Of a stretch of DNA of 64,000 nucleotides, positions 25,204 to 37,299 are shown piece by piece (positions within the stretch are counted from its first letter, which is position 1; each line of letters opens with the position of its first letter). Below the pieces are notes generated by a model. It did not search any database. It worked only from the letters and a program-made list of their open reading frames with translations, and had not been told where the DNA came from. The stretch covers positions 181,970,001-182,034,000 of the forward strand of contig NC_091470.1 of NCBI RefSeq assembly GCF_036971445.1, read 5' to 3'. Position numbers and translations under genes: made by a program. The DNA comes from Narcine bancroftii (lineage: Eukaryota).

Positions 25204-25683
25204 TTACTCCGAAGGCCATTTCGTTTTCAGCTTTTTTTTTCTATTTTGGGTTTTACGTTTTTTCTGGCCATTCGGTTTCTGCTTCTTGGTTCCCTTCTTG
25301 GCCTTGGTTTCAGTCGCAGCTTCCTTCTGCTGTCGTCTCTGCCGCTTGCTGAGGTCGAAGGAGTCCGAGGTCCTCTTGCCGCCTTTGGTCTGCACCAACG
25401 AGCCGCTGCTCACCAGGCCCTTGACCACCTTGTCGAGCCGGGCCTTGTCCAGTTCCACGTCGTAGCCATTGGCCAGCAGCACCTCCCTCAGCGAAGCGAG
25501 CGACAGGCCCCCGCGCTGCTTGCGGACGGACAGAGCCTGCAGGATCAGCTGCGAGATCCGCAGGTCCTGCTTCCGCCGGCGCCGGCCAGGCCGCGGCTGG
25601 CGGAGCTGGTGCTTCTTCTTCGACTTCTGTGGCTGCTCGGCTTTAACGCCAGGAGTAGGGGTAGCCCTGCGCCCCTTGGGCAT
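25204..25683 (-). CDS. H1-like gene B, 159 aa
   Basis: Winged helix ISQLILQALSVRKQRGGLSLASLREVLLANGYDVELDKARLDKVVKGLVSSGSLVQTKGGKRTSDSFDL; short K/Q tail; TTTAAA and a CCAAT box upstream. Confidence 0.9.
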   Translation of the reverse strand: MPKGRRATPTPGVKAEQPQKSKKKHQLRQPRPGRRRRKQDLRISQLILQALSVRKQRGGLSLASLREVLLANGYDVELDKARLDKVVKGLVSSGSLVQTKGGKRTSDSFDLSKRQRRQQKEAATETKAKKGTKKQKPNGQKKRKTQNRKKKLKTKWPSE

Positions 25684-28600
25684 GAGTCTGAACGCCGGGT
25701 AAGGAGCGGTACTCCTCCCCCAGCAGAGCCAGAGGACACCGCTCAAACACCTAAGCGGACGTCGGCCTTTAAAGATGCAAGGCGGACGTCGGTGGAAACA
25801 ACCTCCGGCGGCGTCCTCCAGAACCCACCAATCATGTGCCTCCTCTGCTTGCAACAGCGAGGCAATTTTGCCGCGCTCAGGCCGGACTCATCGACGCCCC
25901 GAATCTCTGGGCGATGGTAAACTTAAATGAAAATCAGAATGTGTCCCTCATGAACATGTCACGAAATTCATTGTTTTGCGCCAGGGCAGACATTGCTGTA
26001 AATTACCCTTCAAAAAAAAATCAATAGTGTAAGATAGGAAAAAAAATGGGTTCATTGTGAATTCAGGAGGCAGAGGGGAAGATGCTGTTTCTAAAACGTT
26101 GAGTCTCTTCAGGCTCCTGTACCTCCTTCCTGATGGTAGCAGATGTTATCAGATCAGCTGTGAGCTCACTGAATGGTGCAGCAGGCTCCACAGGCAGAAT
26201 GACCAACTACTGCTCCTTCTTCTTACATTCTTATGAACACATGTCATGAAATTAGTTGCTTTGCGGCAGGAGTGCTGCACAAAAATCCCTGTCAATTGCA
26301 TTTCTGTGAATACTCTCTTTAAAATTAAATAAATACGTGCAGAAGAGAGAAAGTGAGGTCGTGTCTATGGTTCGTTGTCAATGGTGGAGGCTGTTTCTGA
26401 AACGTTGGGTCGTCTTCAGTCTCTTGTCCCTCCCTCCTGATGGAAGCAGAGGGCACAGCCTGGGGATGTTGGTGGGGGGGGAGGGTGTCCTTGATAGAAG
26501 CTGCTTCCTTGAGACGTCTCTTTGGAGCAAACACCAATGCCCATGATGTCACTGGCCTCAGTTCAGAACCCAGACATAATGTCCCCAAAATCTCAAGGCA
26601 AGTTGGAATGGAAAGGACTTTTTGTGGGCTGCAAATGTCTGAGAAATGCAAAATATTGGTTTGTTGAACATCCTGAGATAATATAATGAAATTTGAATCC
26701 ATTTGTTCATGCAGAGCATCTTCCACAATATTTCAAATTAAGATTTCTCTTTAATGATGTGGAACAAGAAAGTCTGTGATTGTTGTTTACACAAGAATGC
26801 TGGAGAAACTCGGCAAGGCACGCAGTGTTCTTTCTTTTGTAGCAAAGACTTGGCAAATTGTTTCTTAAATGTACCCTTTACCTGACTGTTTTTCCCCCTT
26901 TGGTATCCGGGCGGGACTGTCTACGAGGAACGAATTAAATCCATATTTTGGAGACCCACACTGCGGAAACTGACTAAACTAAGCAGCTTAATAATCCATA
27001 TCGAAATGTTACATGTTAGTTAGTGAAATACATGAGCTGGTCTGTTACACGCGCAGCTAATCAAATGCAAAATTGGCAATTTTAACATAACTGCCACCTC
27101 TTGAGGCCTAGGTTGTTATTGTTCACAAAACACTCATAGAAAATATGTCGTCTGGAACAATTTAAAGGGAAACGAGAAAGAACCAGTTTAAAATGAACCC
27201 ACCTGTCACGACTGTGGTTTTTTTAATGTTTACTTGTATGCTGCATTTGTTTATTTTCATCAATAAAGCAACATTAAGTTATCCCAATAAACATAGCCAT
27301 TTAAGTACCTTGGAACAATTGGAAAGTGGGATGTGGTCAGATTACTGTCTCCCTATTTAAAAAAAAATTATGTTGTCTCGTTTGAATGGGATCACTGTTG
27401 GTTCGATTCACTAATCAATATACAAAACACACATTTTAAATGTAGGTGATTTTAAGAGGGTGCTGCTACAAATAAATCATCCCTGAATCCAATCTAGGAA
27501 ATATTCTGCTTCTTTCTTGATGAAGGTCTCAGGCCCAAAATGTTAGCAATATTTCTTTGTCTCCAGAAAAGACCGGCTGCACTCCTCCAGCATTTTGGCG
27601 TGTTTTTAACCACAGTCACGTCGTCTGCAGCCTTTTGTGCTTCACCCAATCTAAGAAACACATGGATCACTGCTTGAAGTCTTTGGAATGGGAGATTTTG
27701 TGCAGTGATGTTCATTTCACTTTATTGAAGCAGAGCGACAGGAATTTCTGACTGTGTTAATGTGCTGGGTTTTGAGTTCATGTCACTTCCCAGCTCTCGG
27801 TGCACAACTCCTCAAACACCCATGGACTGGAGAATGCTGTTTAGTTGGGGTTCAAACTGTAAACTTGGCTTAATTAAATCAGCCCATGTTTCAACAACCA
27901 ATTCCATCTTTTAACCTTGAGTTGACTTTTTTTTCTCTCTGGGGTTTTTTTTTCAATTATTTTCAAAATTTATGGATCAATTATTTTTGCTCTTTATCAA
28001 AAATCTTTTCTTTTTTATTCTTCCTCATTTTTTGTACTATTATTATTGAAATTAGTAGTTGACACTTGGTTTTGATTGTAATTGTTCAGATAATAGGTTG
28101 GGATTAGAAATTACATTAGTTACAGATTTTTTTCATATATGTGTATCTTGTTTACCGTTTTGTTTACTATCTGTCATTTTAATTCACTTTTACCTGAACT
28201 TTATATCATATGTATTTATGATATAATTATCTTATCAAAAACCAATGAAAAGATTGAAAAAGAAGATTTATGGTTTTGCTTGAGCTTGGAGAAAATTAGA
28301 TATTGTAGCAAGTCGGGTCAAACCGCATATGATGGGCCGAATTGCCATAACAGGGCACAGGGGCTTCCCCGCCCCCCCACCACCGCACAGAAGTTACAGG
28401 CTGCAGGAGTGCATTGCCAGGGGAATGGCCAGGCCTCACAGCATCATTATGACATCACTCCTGTGAGCCTGTTACACCACCCCCCCAAAAAAAGGAATGT
28501 GTGTGGTTTGAATAAACGGCATTTAATGGTTTACTTGCTTGGTGTGGACAGCAGCTCTGCCTTTAGCAGTGCTACAATATAACATTAAAGAGTTCTTAAT

Positions 28601-28729
28601 TGAATTTGATAAGGTATGGGCCCATTTACGGATTATTATCATAGATAGAATACTGCTGCAATTCACTCCACAACATGCACTACATCGCTAGCTCTCCACT
28701 CAGCTCCAGATCACCTCAAAAACTCATTC

Positions 28730-29725
28730 TGTTATGAGCCCAGAGGACACCCCAAAACCCAGCAGCAATAGAAATTCACCAAGACAAATGGTTGCTTAAA
28801 CAAAAGTTGCTTTTAATTATCTATGAACATGAAAACTGGATCAAACTTTAACTTATCACTATTAACTTACTTAACCTAACTTAACCCACTTCTAATTCTA
28901 AGTGCATGTGTGTGTGTAATGTGTATGTAAGTTCTGTAAAGTTCTTTGATTCACAGTCCATTCTCATTCCTCCAAGTTCATTGGTTGCAGCAATTCTTAT
29001 ACTGTGGACGGAATTTAACATTTATGATGTTCACCAGGCTTTGGTGCTTGAACGGTAAATGGTTACCACTCAGGAAGGTTCTTGTTGGTTTTCAGAGAGA
29101 GATTTGTTCTTCGCTGGTCACCCACAACTCCTTCCTTTTAATCAGCCACTTCAGTATTTTGCCAAAGAAACTTGCCCCATCAGGGTTCTTCAGTTGATAA
29201 CCTTTATTTCAGGTCACCACAGATTTCCTTTTTGTTTCCATTATTTCAAGTGAAACATGATGCAGCTAGTCCTTTCCTCTTGTATGGACCACATGAGCTT
29301 TGACCAGGCTGAACTAAGGACTCTCAACCTGTCATCCAAATGGGGTTTTCCACAAGCTTGCCATCTAGTCCTGATCCAATCCCAGCTACTGCTGCTGGCT
29401 GTAACACTGTAGAACTGAATTCCCTCTTTTTCTCTCAGAGAAAAAACCTGTTTGACTCCTTCTCTGCTTGCAAAAACCACACTCCAGGACAGGCTAGGCT
29501 CCGAACCTACTCCTCCAGCTCTTTCATCTGTTGCTTTTCAAAACAGCAATCCATTAGTGAAGTCGCTTGGGCACTCCCCAAAGCTCTTCCAAAGGCTCTG
29601 GGAGCTGGCCTGTCCAAGCTTGAGCAGAGCTCCAGTATTTTAAATCAGTTCTGTGAAGTGACCAACACTAAAAAAAAGAACCTGCCCCAATTTATCTCCC
29701 AAAAGCATATCTATAATCTGTCACA
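28730..29725 (-). mobile_element. ~1-kb solo LTR-like element
   Basis: TGT...ACA termini; homologous along its length to 31173-32128; no clean TSD. Confidence 0.75.
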
Positions 29726-30148
29726 CTTTGATCGTTCAGCATTCTCACTGCCCCTGGTAAGAAGCCACACCATTGGCTGCAATGGAGTGCGATTCCTGAT
29801 TGACCTGTGTTACTGCAGCGACCTTTAGAGAAGTGTTTCAGAAATAAAGTAACCCCAGACACCACCGATTCTTTCTGAAACATCTTCCTCGGCCGCTCGA
29901 CAGGGAAGGGAAATGTTGAACGCCGACCGAGCGTCGAGCCCATTGCCCAATTTCTGCCGAGGAATGGGTCAAACAGGGAGGCGCCCCGATGAGTTTGGGG
30001 GACCGGGCGGTGGTGGGGGCGAGTTGGGGCGACCGCGGGCGGAGACGCCGGGGGATTCCGAGGCACGGCGGCCGACGGGTCGGCATGCGGCGGGTCGGGC
30101 GTGACGGGGAGGGCGGTTTGGCCGGCTCTCCGGGGATTTGGCGGAGGG

Positions 30149-30240
30149 AAGAAACACAAATCGGGTGTTGGGCGACCCAGCGGCGGCGGCGGAATCGGGG
30201 AGGGGGGTCTCCTTTCCGTCCGCTTCCCGGGTACAAAGGG
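30149..30240 (+). promoter_or_regulatory. H1-type promoter of gene C
   Basis: H1 (AC) box AAACACA at 30152-30158, G-rich box, TATA-like TACAAA at 30232-30237. Confidence 0.7.
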
Positions 30241-30292
30241 GATCTCCTGCGCGTCGAGTTCGACACCCTTGCGGCAGCGGGAAGAGGACGCC

Positions 30293-30937
30293 ATGGCTGA
30301 GGAGTCGAGGACCGAAGACGTCGGCGATCTCGGCCGAGGGGGTGGCGGCGGAGCAGTGGCCAGGAGCAAGAGGAAGCGGCCGCGGGGCCGTCAGGGCGCC
30401 GAGGGTCCCACGGTGACCGAGCGCGTCCTGACGGCAGCGGCGGCCACCGAGAAGCGGCGCGGCCTCTCGCTCACCGCCCTTAAGAAGGCGCTGGCGGCCA
30501 AGGGCTACGACGTGGCGCGGCACAACGGCCGCGTCAATCGCGCTGTCCGCCAGCTGGTGAAGCAGGGGTCACTGGTGAAGACCAGCGGCGCCGGCGCCGC
30601 CGGTTCCTTCCGCCTCGGTCGGGCGGCGAGTGCCGGGTCCCGGCCGCCGCCGGCCCAGCGGGCCAGGAAGCGGCCGAGCAAGAGGGCCACCCCGGCGGCG
30701 CTGCGGGCGAAGGGCAGCCAGGTCTCGCAGCAGGGCAAGGGGGTGACCAGGCCCAGGAGCGCTCAAAGCCGACGCCTCAAGGTCAAGGCTTCCTCCAAAT
30801 ACAAGGCGGCCCGGGCCAAGAGACCGGACAACCCCAGAAGGAGGCGGCCGCCCAGCAACGCGCCGAAGCTACCGGTCGGGCGCCCGCGACTCCACCCAGT
30901 TGCCCAAAGATCGAAAGTGCCCTCCGGGGTGAAATGA
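30293..30937 (+). CDS. H1-like gene C, 214 aa, Arg > Lys
   Basis: gccATGG Kozak context; GPTVTERVLTAAAATEKRRGLSLTALKKALAAKGYDV...LVKQGSLVKTSGAGAAGSFRL winged helix; hand count about 35 R and 20 K. Confidence 0.93.
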   Translation: MAEESRTEDVGDLGRGGGGGAVARSKRKRPRGRQGAEGPTVTERVLTAAAATEKRRGLSLTALKKALAAKGYDVARHNGRVNRAVRQLVKQGSLVKTSGAGAAGSFRLGRAASAGSRPPPAQRARKRPSKRATPAALRAKGSQVSQQGKGVTRPRSAQSRRLKVKASSKYKAARAKRPDNPRRRRPPSNAPKLPVGRPRLHPVAQRSKVPSGVK

Positions 30938-30966
30938 ACCTGCTCTCTCCGAACCCCCAACACAAA

Positions 30967-31000
30967 GGCTCTTTTCAGAGCCACTACATATAGCAATAAA
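30967..31000 (+). terminator. Histone stem-loop (30967-30982) plus AATAAA (30995-31000) of gene C
   Basis: caaaGGCTCTTTTCAGAGCCactacatatagcAATAAA. Confidence 0.92.
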
Positions 31001-31172
31001 ATGAGCCAAATGCCACTGCAAATTATTTAAAAAAATATATTCATATTTTATTTGTAAAAGATTGAGTTTAACATTAAATACAAAATTGACAATTCCATAA
31101 TCGTTTGTAAAGCATTTCAGTTCTCTGTCACATGTCTGTTCATGGCCTCCTGTACTGTCTCACCAAGACCCA

Positions 31173-32128
31173 TGTTACCAGCCCAGAGGACCCCAAAATC
31201 CAGCAGCAATTGATATTCAGCAAGACAAATGGTGACTTAAACAAAAGTTGTTGTTAATTATCTTTTAAATAGGATCAAACTTAAACTAACCTAACTTGAC
31301 CCCCTTCTAATTCTAAGTGCACTGTGTGTGGAAGTTCAGAAAAGTTTTTTAGTTCACAGCCCAATCTCACTTCACACCCCTCCAAGTTCACTGGTTGCAG
31401 GCAATTCTTACACCGTGCATAGAATTTAACGAGTATAAAGTTCACCAGGCTGCGGTACTCGAAAGGTAGATGGTCACCGCTCAGGAAGGTTCTTGTCGAT
31501 TTTCAGAGAGAGATTTGTTGTACGATGACATTCACAACTGATTCTTATTTAATCGCCCACTCCAGTGTCTTGCTGATGAAACTTGGGCCCTTCAGGGTTC
31601 TCCAGATGATAACCTCTTTTTTTCAGGTCACCACAGAGTTCCTTTCTGTTTCACTTATTCCAAATGAAACATTAGACAGCCTGTCCTCTCCTCTTGCATG
31701 GACCACAAAGGCTTTGACGAAACTGAACTAGGAATTCACAACCAATTTTCAAAATGGGGTTTTTCCACAAGCTTTCCAGCTTGTCCTATTCCAGTCCCAG
31801 CTGCTGTTGCTGGCTGTAACATTGTAGAATTATATATCACTCTCTCTGAGAGAAAGCCTGTTTGACTCTCTCTGCTTGCAAAACCTCTTAGAACAAGTTC
31901 TCTTCCAGACTGTCTGCGGCTCCAACAAGATCTTTCATCTGTTGCTTTTTGTAAACAACAATCCATTAAGTAAAGTCTCTTGAGCACTCTTCAAAGCTCT
32001 TGCCAAAACTGTAGAGCCGATATGTCTAGCATGGGGCAGAGATCTGTTTTAAAGTGTTTGTCTGTGACCTACTCTAACAAACCTTTCCCAATTTACCTCC
32101 CAAAAACATATTAATATACTCTGTCACA
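31173..32128 (-). mobile_element. ~1-kb solo LTR-like element (same family as 28730-29725)
   Basis: tgttac...ctgtcaca termini; shared blocks cccagaggac, acaaaagttg, ggttcttgt. Confidence 0.75.
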
Positions 32129-34952
32129 CTCCAATCTGATTGCATTATCACTGACTTTTCTGCTTTCTGCTAACCTGCTCTCCTCCCTCCCTTCCTTTGC
32201 CCAGCCATCCCTCCTCCCCTTGATAGCTGCTGTCCCCTCCCTTCCTTCTCCACCTCCTGCCTTTGCGAGAACACCTCCCCCCCACCCCCTTAACTCTTGT
32301 TTGGACACCTGCCAATGTTTTTTCCATACCTTGATGACTGGCTCAAACCCAAAATGTCAATTATGCATTGTGACCTTTCCCACATTTAGGACACTGCTTG
32401 ACCTGCTGGGCTTCTCCAGCATTTTGTTTTTACTGTTGCAGAGAACAGAACTCTTCAACCCAGCAGGACCTTGAACCTACTTGCACGTGACTGATAAACT
32501 TTGACCACCTTGAACTCTGACCCCTCTTCCAAATTACATTGTACTTCCGAGATGAATTAGGTACTTCACGAGCTATGTCTGCAAACCTCCATCACCCACC
32601 AACACCCCCCCCCCCGCCCATCCTGATTCTTTTTCTTATGTATTAAACATAACGAGGGTTGATGAAGAATTTTTATTTTTCTCAACATCCCTTTTACAAG
32701 CATGTAGTTCGGTTGTCAGATTAATACTTTACGACACTCCAAAACTTCACAAAGTTTGCTCCCAAGAGGTTGTGTATTGCTTTGGAGAACATTTCCTTTT
32801 ACAATTTTAAACTTTCAGTTAGACCTTTATTTAAAATCTTTTTTGTTTCAAAAGTTATGGATTGTTTTGAGTTTCTGGTTGATTGAATTCTGGGTCATGG
32901 GCCTTCTACCGTACTTATCTTCTCTTTTTACAGATTAGCAGGGTGGGGGACTGTTTTATTTTCATCTAAGGTTACATGAAAGTGAGAGCTAAACTGTTGG
33001 TCTGCTCGCAGAAGACCCCTACTCTGTGTAGCAGTTAGCGCAACACTTTTATAGTGTCAGCAACAAATCCGGCGCTGTCTGTAAGGAGTTTGTACTTTCC
33101 ACCGTGACCTACATGGGTTCCCTCTGGGTGCTCTGGTTTCCTCCCACCCTTCAGGTGTACTAAATTAATTCATTTTTCAAAAATAAACTTTAAGATCATT
33201 TACAAATGAGAAAACTCCCATCCCTGCACATTGTTGTTCCCCCCTCTTTCAATTGAGGGAGCTTCTCCTCGGTCTCAGCCCCTCAATGCCCAGTAATGGG
33301 AGGACTCTAGTCTTTCCCCACAGCGCTCTCGCATTGGCTGTGCCAAGCGTCAGAGCATCCCTCTGCACATACTCCTGCAACCTGGAGCGTGCCAGTCAGC
33401 AGCATTCCCCTCCCTGGCATCTCTGTGCTGAAAGACCGACAAGTTTCAGGCAGACCCAAGGGCATCTTTCAGCGGGTGGATGATCTGCCTGGATGCCTGA
33501 CTCAGTGTGTGCCCCCGCCCCCCAGCAACAGCCCATGGTAGATCAGAGAGTCGTCTGACATGGAGATGAACCATGGCACACTTAGTGAATCTGCATTGGT
33601 CAAAGAGATGGGCGACTGTCTCCATCTTGGAGACCATGTGCATGAAGGGTGATGTTCCAGTTGTGCAGGAAGGATGTGACTCGAAGAGCTCCTCCCACTG
33701 CCAGTCCGGTCAAGTCCTGGTCCTTGTTTATGAGCCCTGGCCATGAGACTTCCACCAGATGATGCTCAGGAACCATCCCACCCGATCCATTGAGTCCTCG
33801 TCGCTCAATATCTGCAGGAAGTTCTATGTTGATCACAATTGTGGTCAAATGTAATTCATATGACAAATAAGCTTAATATAATGCTACATTGCATTATTTC
33901 TATAACTAATATTGAGGAAACAAGGAGTTTGCAGAGGTTTTGTATGACATCATTGGAAAATTTCAATAGAAATGTGATGGGAAGCATGCTGACTGGCTGC
34001 ATCACAGTCTGGTACAGGGGACACCAATACCCCTGAGCGTAAAGCCCTGCAAAAGGTAGTGGACACAGCCCAGGACATCACAGTCAAAACCCTCCCCACC
34101 GTCAAGAGCATCTACAGGGAATGCTGCTGTCAGAGAGCAGCAGCGATCTTCAAGAATCCACACCACCCAACACATATTCAGGCCATCCGGCCACCCAAGA
34201 AAGCAGGCCAGCCAGCCCAGCAAAGTTTACACCTAAATGCTGCAAGGAGAGACTGAAGCAAAGGCCACACAAACTTGTCTTTAAAAAGAGATTAATTATA
34301 GATTTATTCCAATAATTTTCTTTGTGGAATTTATTGTATAGTTCAACAATTTAGCCTATTGAGTTCTGCATTTAACAAAGAACAAGGTGATGGAGTGATC
34401 AGATTTTTTTGTTAAATAAATATTCGAGTGAATGTTTAACATTAGCTTACCGGGGATATTCCATGCCGAAAGATTGCACGAGCAAATAGAGAAAGAGTCC
34501 TGCTGTGGGGGAGGGGGGCATCAGATTTTACAAAGAACCACAAAAATCAAGTCAATGGAACATCACAACATAGAAACTAGCCCTGCGGCCCTTTCAGTCT
34601 GTGCTAAACCATCATTCTGGTCTCATTGACCTGCACCCCCCCCCCCCCCCCATCCTTGTACCTGTCCAAAAAAGGGTGGCTCGGTTGGCATAGCAGTTAG
34701 AGTAATGCCTTTACAGTGCCAGCACCAGGGTTCAAATCCCATACTCTTTATGATCTCCCTGTGCCCGTGTGGCTTCCCCCCATCCCGGGGGCTCAGCACG
34801 AGCCGGGGGTGAATTGGATGGCACGGGCTTGTGGGCCGAAATGGCTTGCTAACCATGCTGTATGCCTGCACTCACTTTAGCTGGCAACTCATTTCACACT
34901 CCCACCACTCTCTGTGTGAAGAAGTTCCCCCTAAGTTTTCTCCCTTTCACCC

Positions 34953-35176
34953 TGTAATGCACGTCGAAAGAACCAAAGACTTGTTGATCCAAACCAAGGC
35001 TTTTATTAACTAAAAGACTGGAGTGTATCACAAGTAGGTCGACCAGTCCAAAATGACCTAGTTTGGCTAAGAGCAATCCTTTAGGACCTGCCAGTAGGTG
35101 TAACTACACTCTCAGCCAATCAGTCATCCTACCATCTGTACATAGACACATTGGTGATAGAATCTGTACTATCACA
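34953..35176 (-). mobile_element. Gypsy solo LTR (224 bp) inserted in a CR1 fragment
   Basis: TG...CA termini; 5-bp TSD CACCC (34948-34952, 35177-35181); homologous to the LTR at 46366-46603. Confidence 0.88.
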
Positions 35177-35793
35177 CACCCTTAACCTGGTTTGTATCTC
35201 ACCAGCCCTCAGTAGGAAAAGTCTATCTGCATTTACTCTGAAAGCACTTCCAGGTGGCCAAAACACTCCCATGTTGAGCCACCTATTCTACCCCTACACG
35301 GCTGTCAGGAGGCCACCAGGAAATAGAGAACCCAACCAGTAAGGAGCACTTCCCTCACCTTCCTCCCGTAGGTATGACTTCCGGCTCCGAGCATCCCCCG
35401 TCGCACCCAAAAGCAGCAGTGGGACTTACGGCCGTAGTCGCCACCATTCGCGGCTTCTCTTTGAGCCAGCGCATCCGGGTGACAGAAAGGCAGCTTCTCC
35501 ATGGCCACCTGAACGTCTCAGCTGCACTCACCGGCCCATTATCTGCATTACGAGCACCTGAAGGCAGCTTCTGTCTACCACCCTGATCATTCTTCTGCAC
35601 TCTGGGGAATAAAGTCCTGAACTGTCTCTTTCCCTACAGTTCAAGTCTTAGCAACATCCTGGTAAATCTCTACCCTCAATCCTTTTTGCTCTCCCGTTAG
35701 TTGACAGGCTGAATGCAAATTTAGTCAAACCCAGAACCATTCCCTTTTTCCTTCCCCATCCACGTTACAGATCCTTTCTATAGTGTATTTGAC

Positions 35794-35809
35794 GGCTCTT
35801 AAAAGAGCC
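35794..35809 (-). terminator. Histone stem-loop of the H3 pseudogene
   Basis: GGCTCTTTTAAGAGCC, 27 nt after the stop. Confidence 0.9.
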
Positions 35810-35836
35810 ATTGTGCTGCGGGTTTGCGGAAGAAAC

Positions 35837-36246
<410 letters not shown>

Positions 36247-36272
36247 CCTGAGGCACTCGCAATTCAAGCGCC

Positions 36273-36343
36273 TTTTATACAACAACCGGCCCATCGGCGT
36301 CTTGTGATTGGTCAAGGGATTCACCGCCCTCGCACTTGATTGG
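36273..36343 (-). promoter_or_regulatory. H3-type promoter: TATAAAA and two CCAAT boxes 32 bp apart
   Basis: ttttata 36273-36279; attgg 36307-36311 and 36339-36343. Confidence 0.85.
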
Positions 36344-37299
36344 CACGCTTCTCCATGCGCTCAAAATTGCAACACCGGTAAACATTCGCAGAAGGCTGCC
36401 GGTCGAATGGCTCCCTCGTCCGGGGGGCTGGGTTATTAGTTCTCTGCTGCATACCCGTTGTTTTCAAATGACTTCCCGCTCACTTCCCACCTTAAGCAAT
36501 CCCTAGGCAGTCGTTGCTCTGTAAGGGATTGCTTAAGGTGGGATGTGAGTGGGAAAGGAAGGTTGAGAATCACTGCTCTTGACCCAATTGTTACAAATAT
36601 TTTGCTTGAGAAACATTGTCATTGTCCTATTTCCTTCAGAGTTTTGAAACCGTGCACATAACGATGAGGGGCAATTAAAACTTTTTCTTTCCAGTCACAC
36701 ACACCTTAAGTAATCCCTTACTAATCACAGAGCATTTATGGCATAGGGAATAGTTGAAAGAAACCGTTTAAAAACCACTCCTTTACATCGATGACTGGGT
36801 GGTACTCGGTACAGCAACACCGTCCACAAATAAAACACTAAAGTTTGAAGACCCCAAGAGCCAACCATTTCTGTGTCACACTCCCACATCCACAAATCTG
36901 TCCATGGCCTTATGTACTGTCCTACCTTTAAATTGGAGGAACAATACCTGATTTTCTGTCTGGGCGCTCTTCAGCCGGGTGGCATTAACATCGACTTTTC
37001 CGATTTCGGCTAACCTGCTCTCCTCTCCCCCCCCTCGCCCCTTCCCCTTTCCAGTTCTCCTCCCCCCCATTCCCTCTCTATTTACTTGCTGTCCCCTCCT
37101 CCCTTCTTCACCTATTACCTTCTAGCTTTGCAACCACACCTTCCACCTCCTATTTTATTCAGAAGCCTGCCAACGTTTTTCCATAAATTGATGTAGGGCT
37201 CAAGCCCGAAATGTCGGTTATGTATCTTTATCTTTGCTATATAAAGGAATTGTGTTTTTACTTCAACCACGGTGTCTACAGATTTTCGTCCTTTACTAT

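Noticed and set aside
29692-30523. Long antisense or overlapping ORFs over the H1-like genes (also 25111-25920, 49396-50046)
   Set aside because: Expected from stop-poor GC-rich sequence; no recognisable domains
28730-32128. LTR retroelement that transduced H1 gene C
   Set aside because: The two LTRs are clearly diverged, there is no tRNA-matching PBS or PPT and no shared outer TSD, and the gene keeps its own promoter
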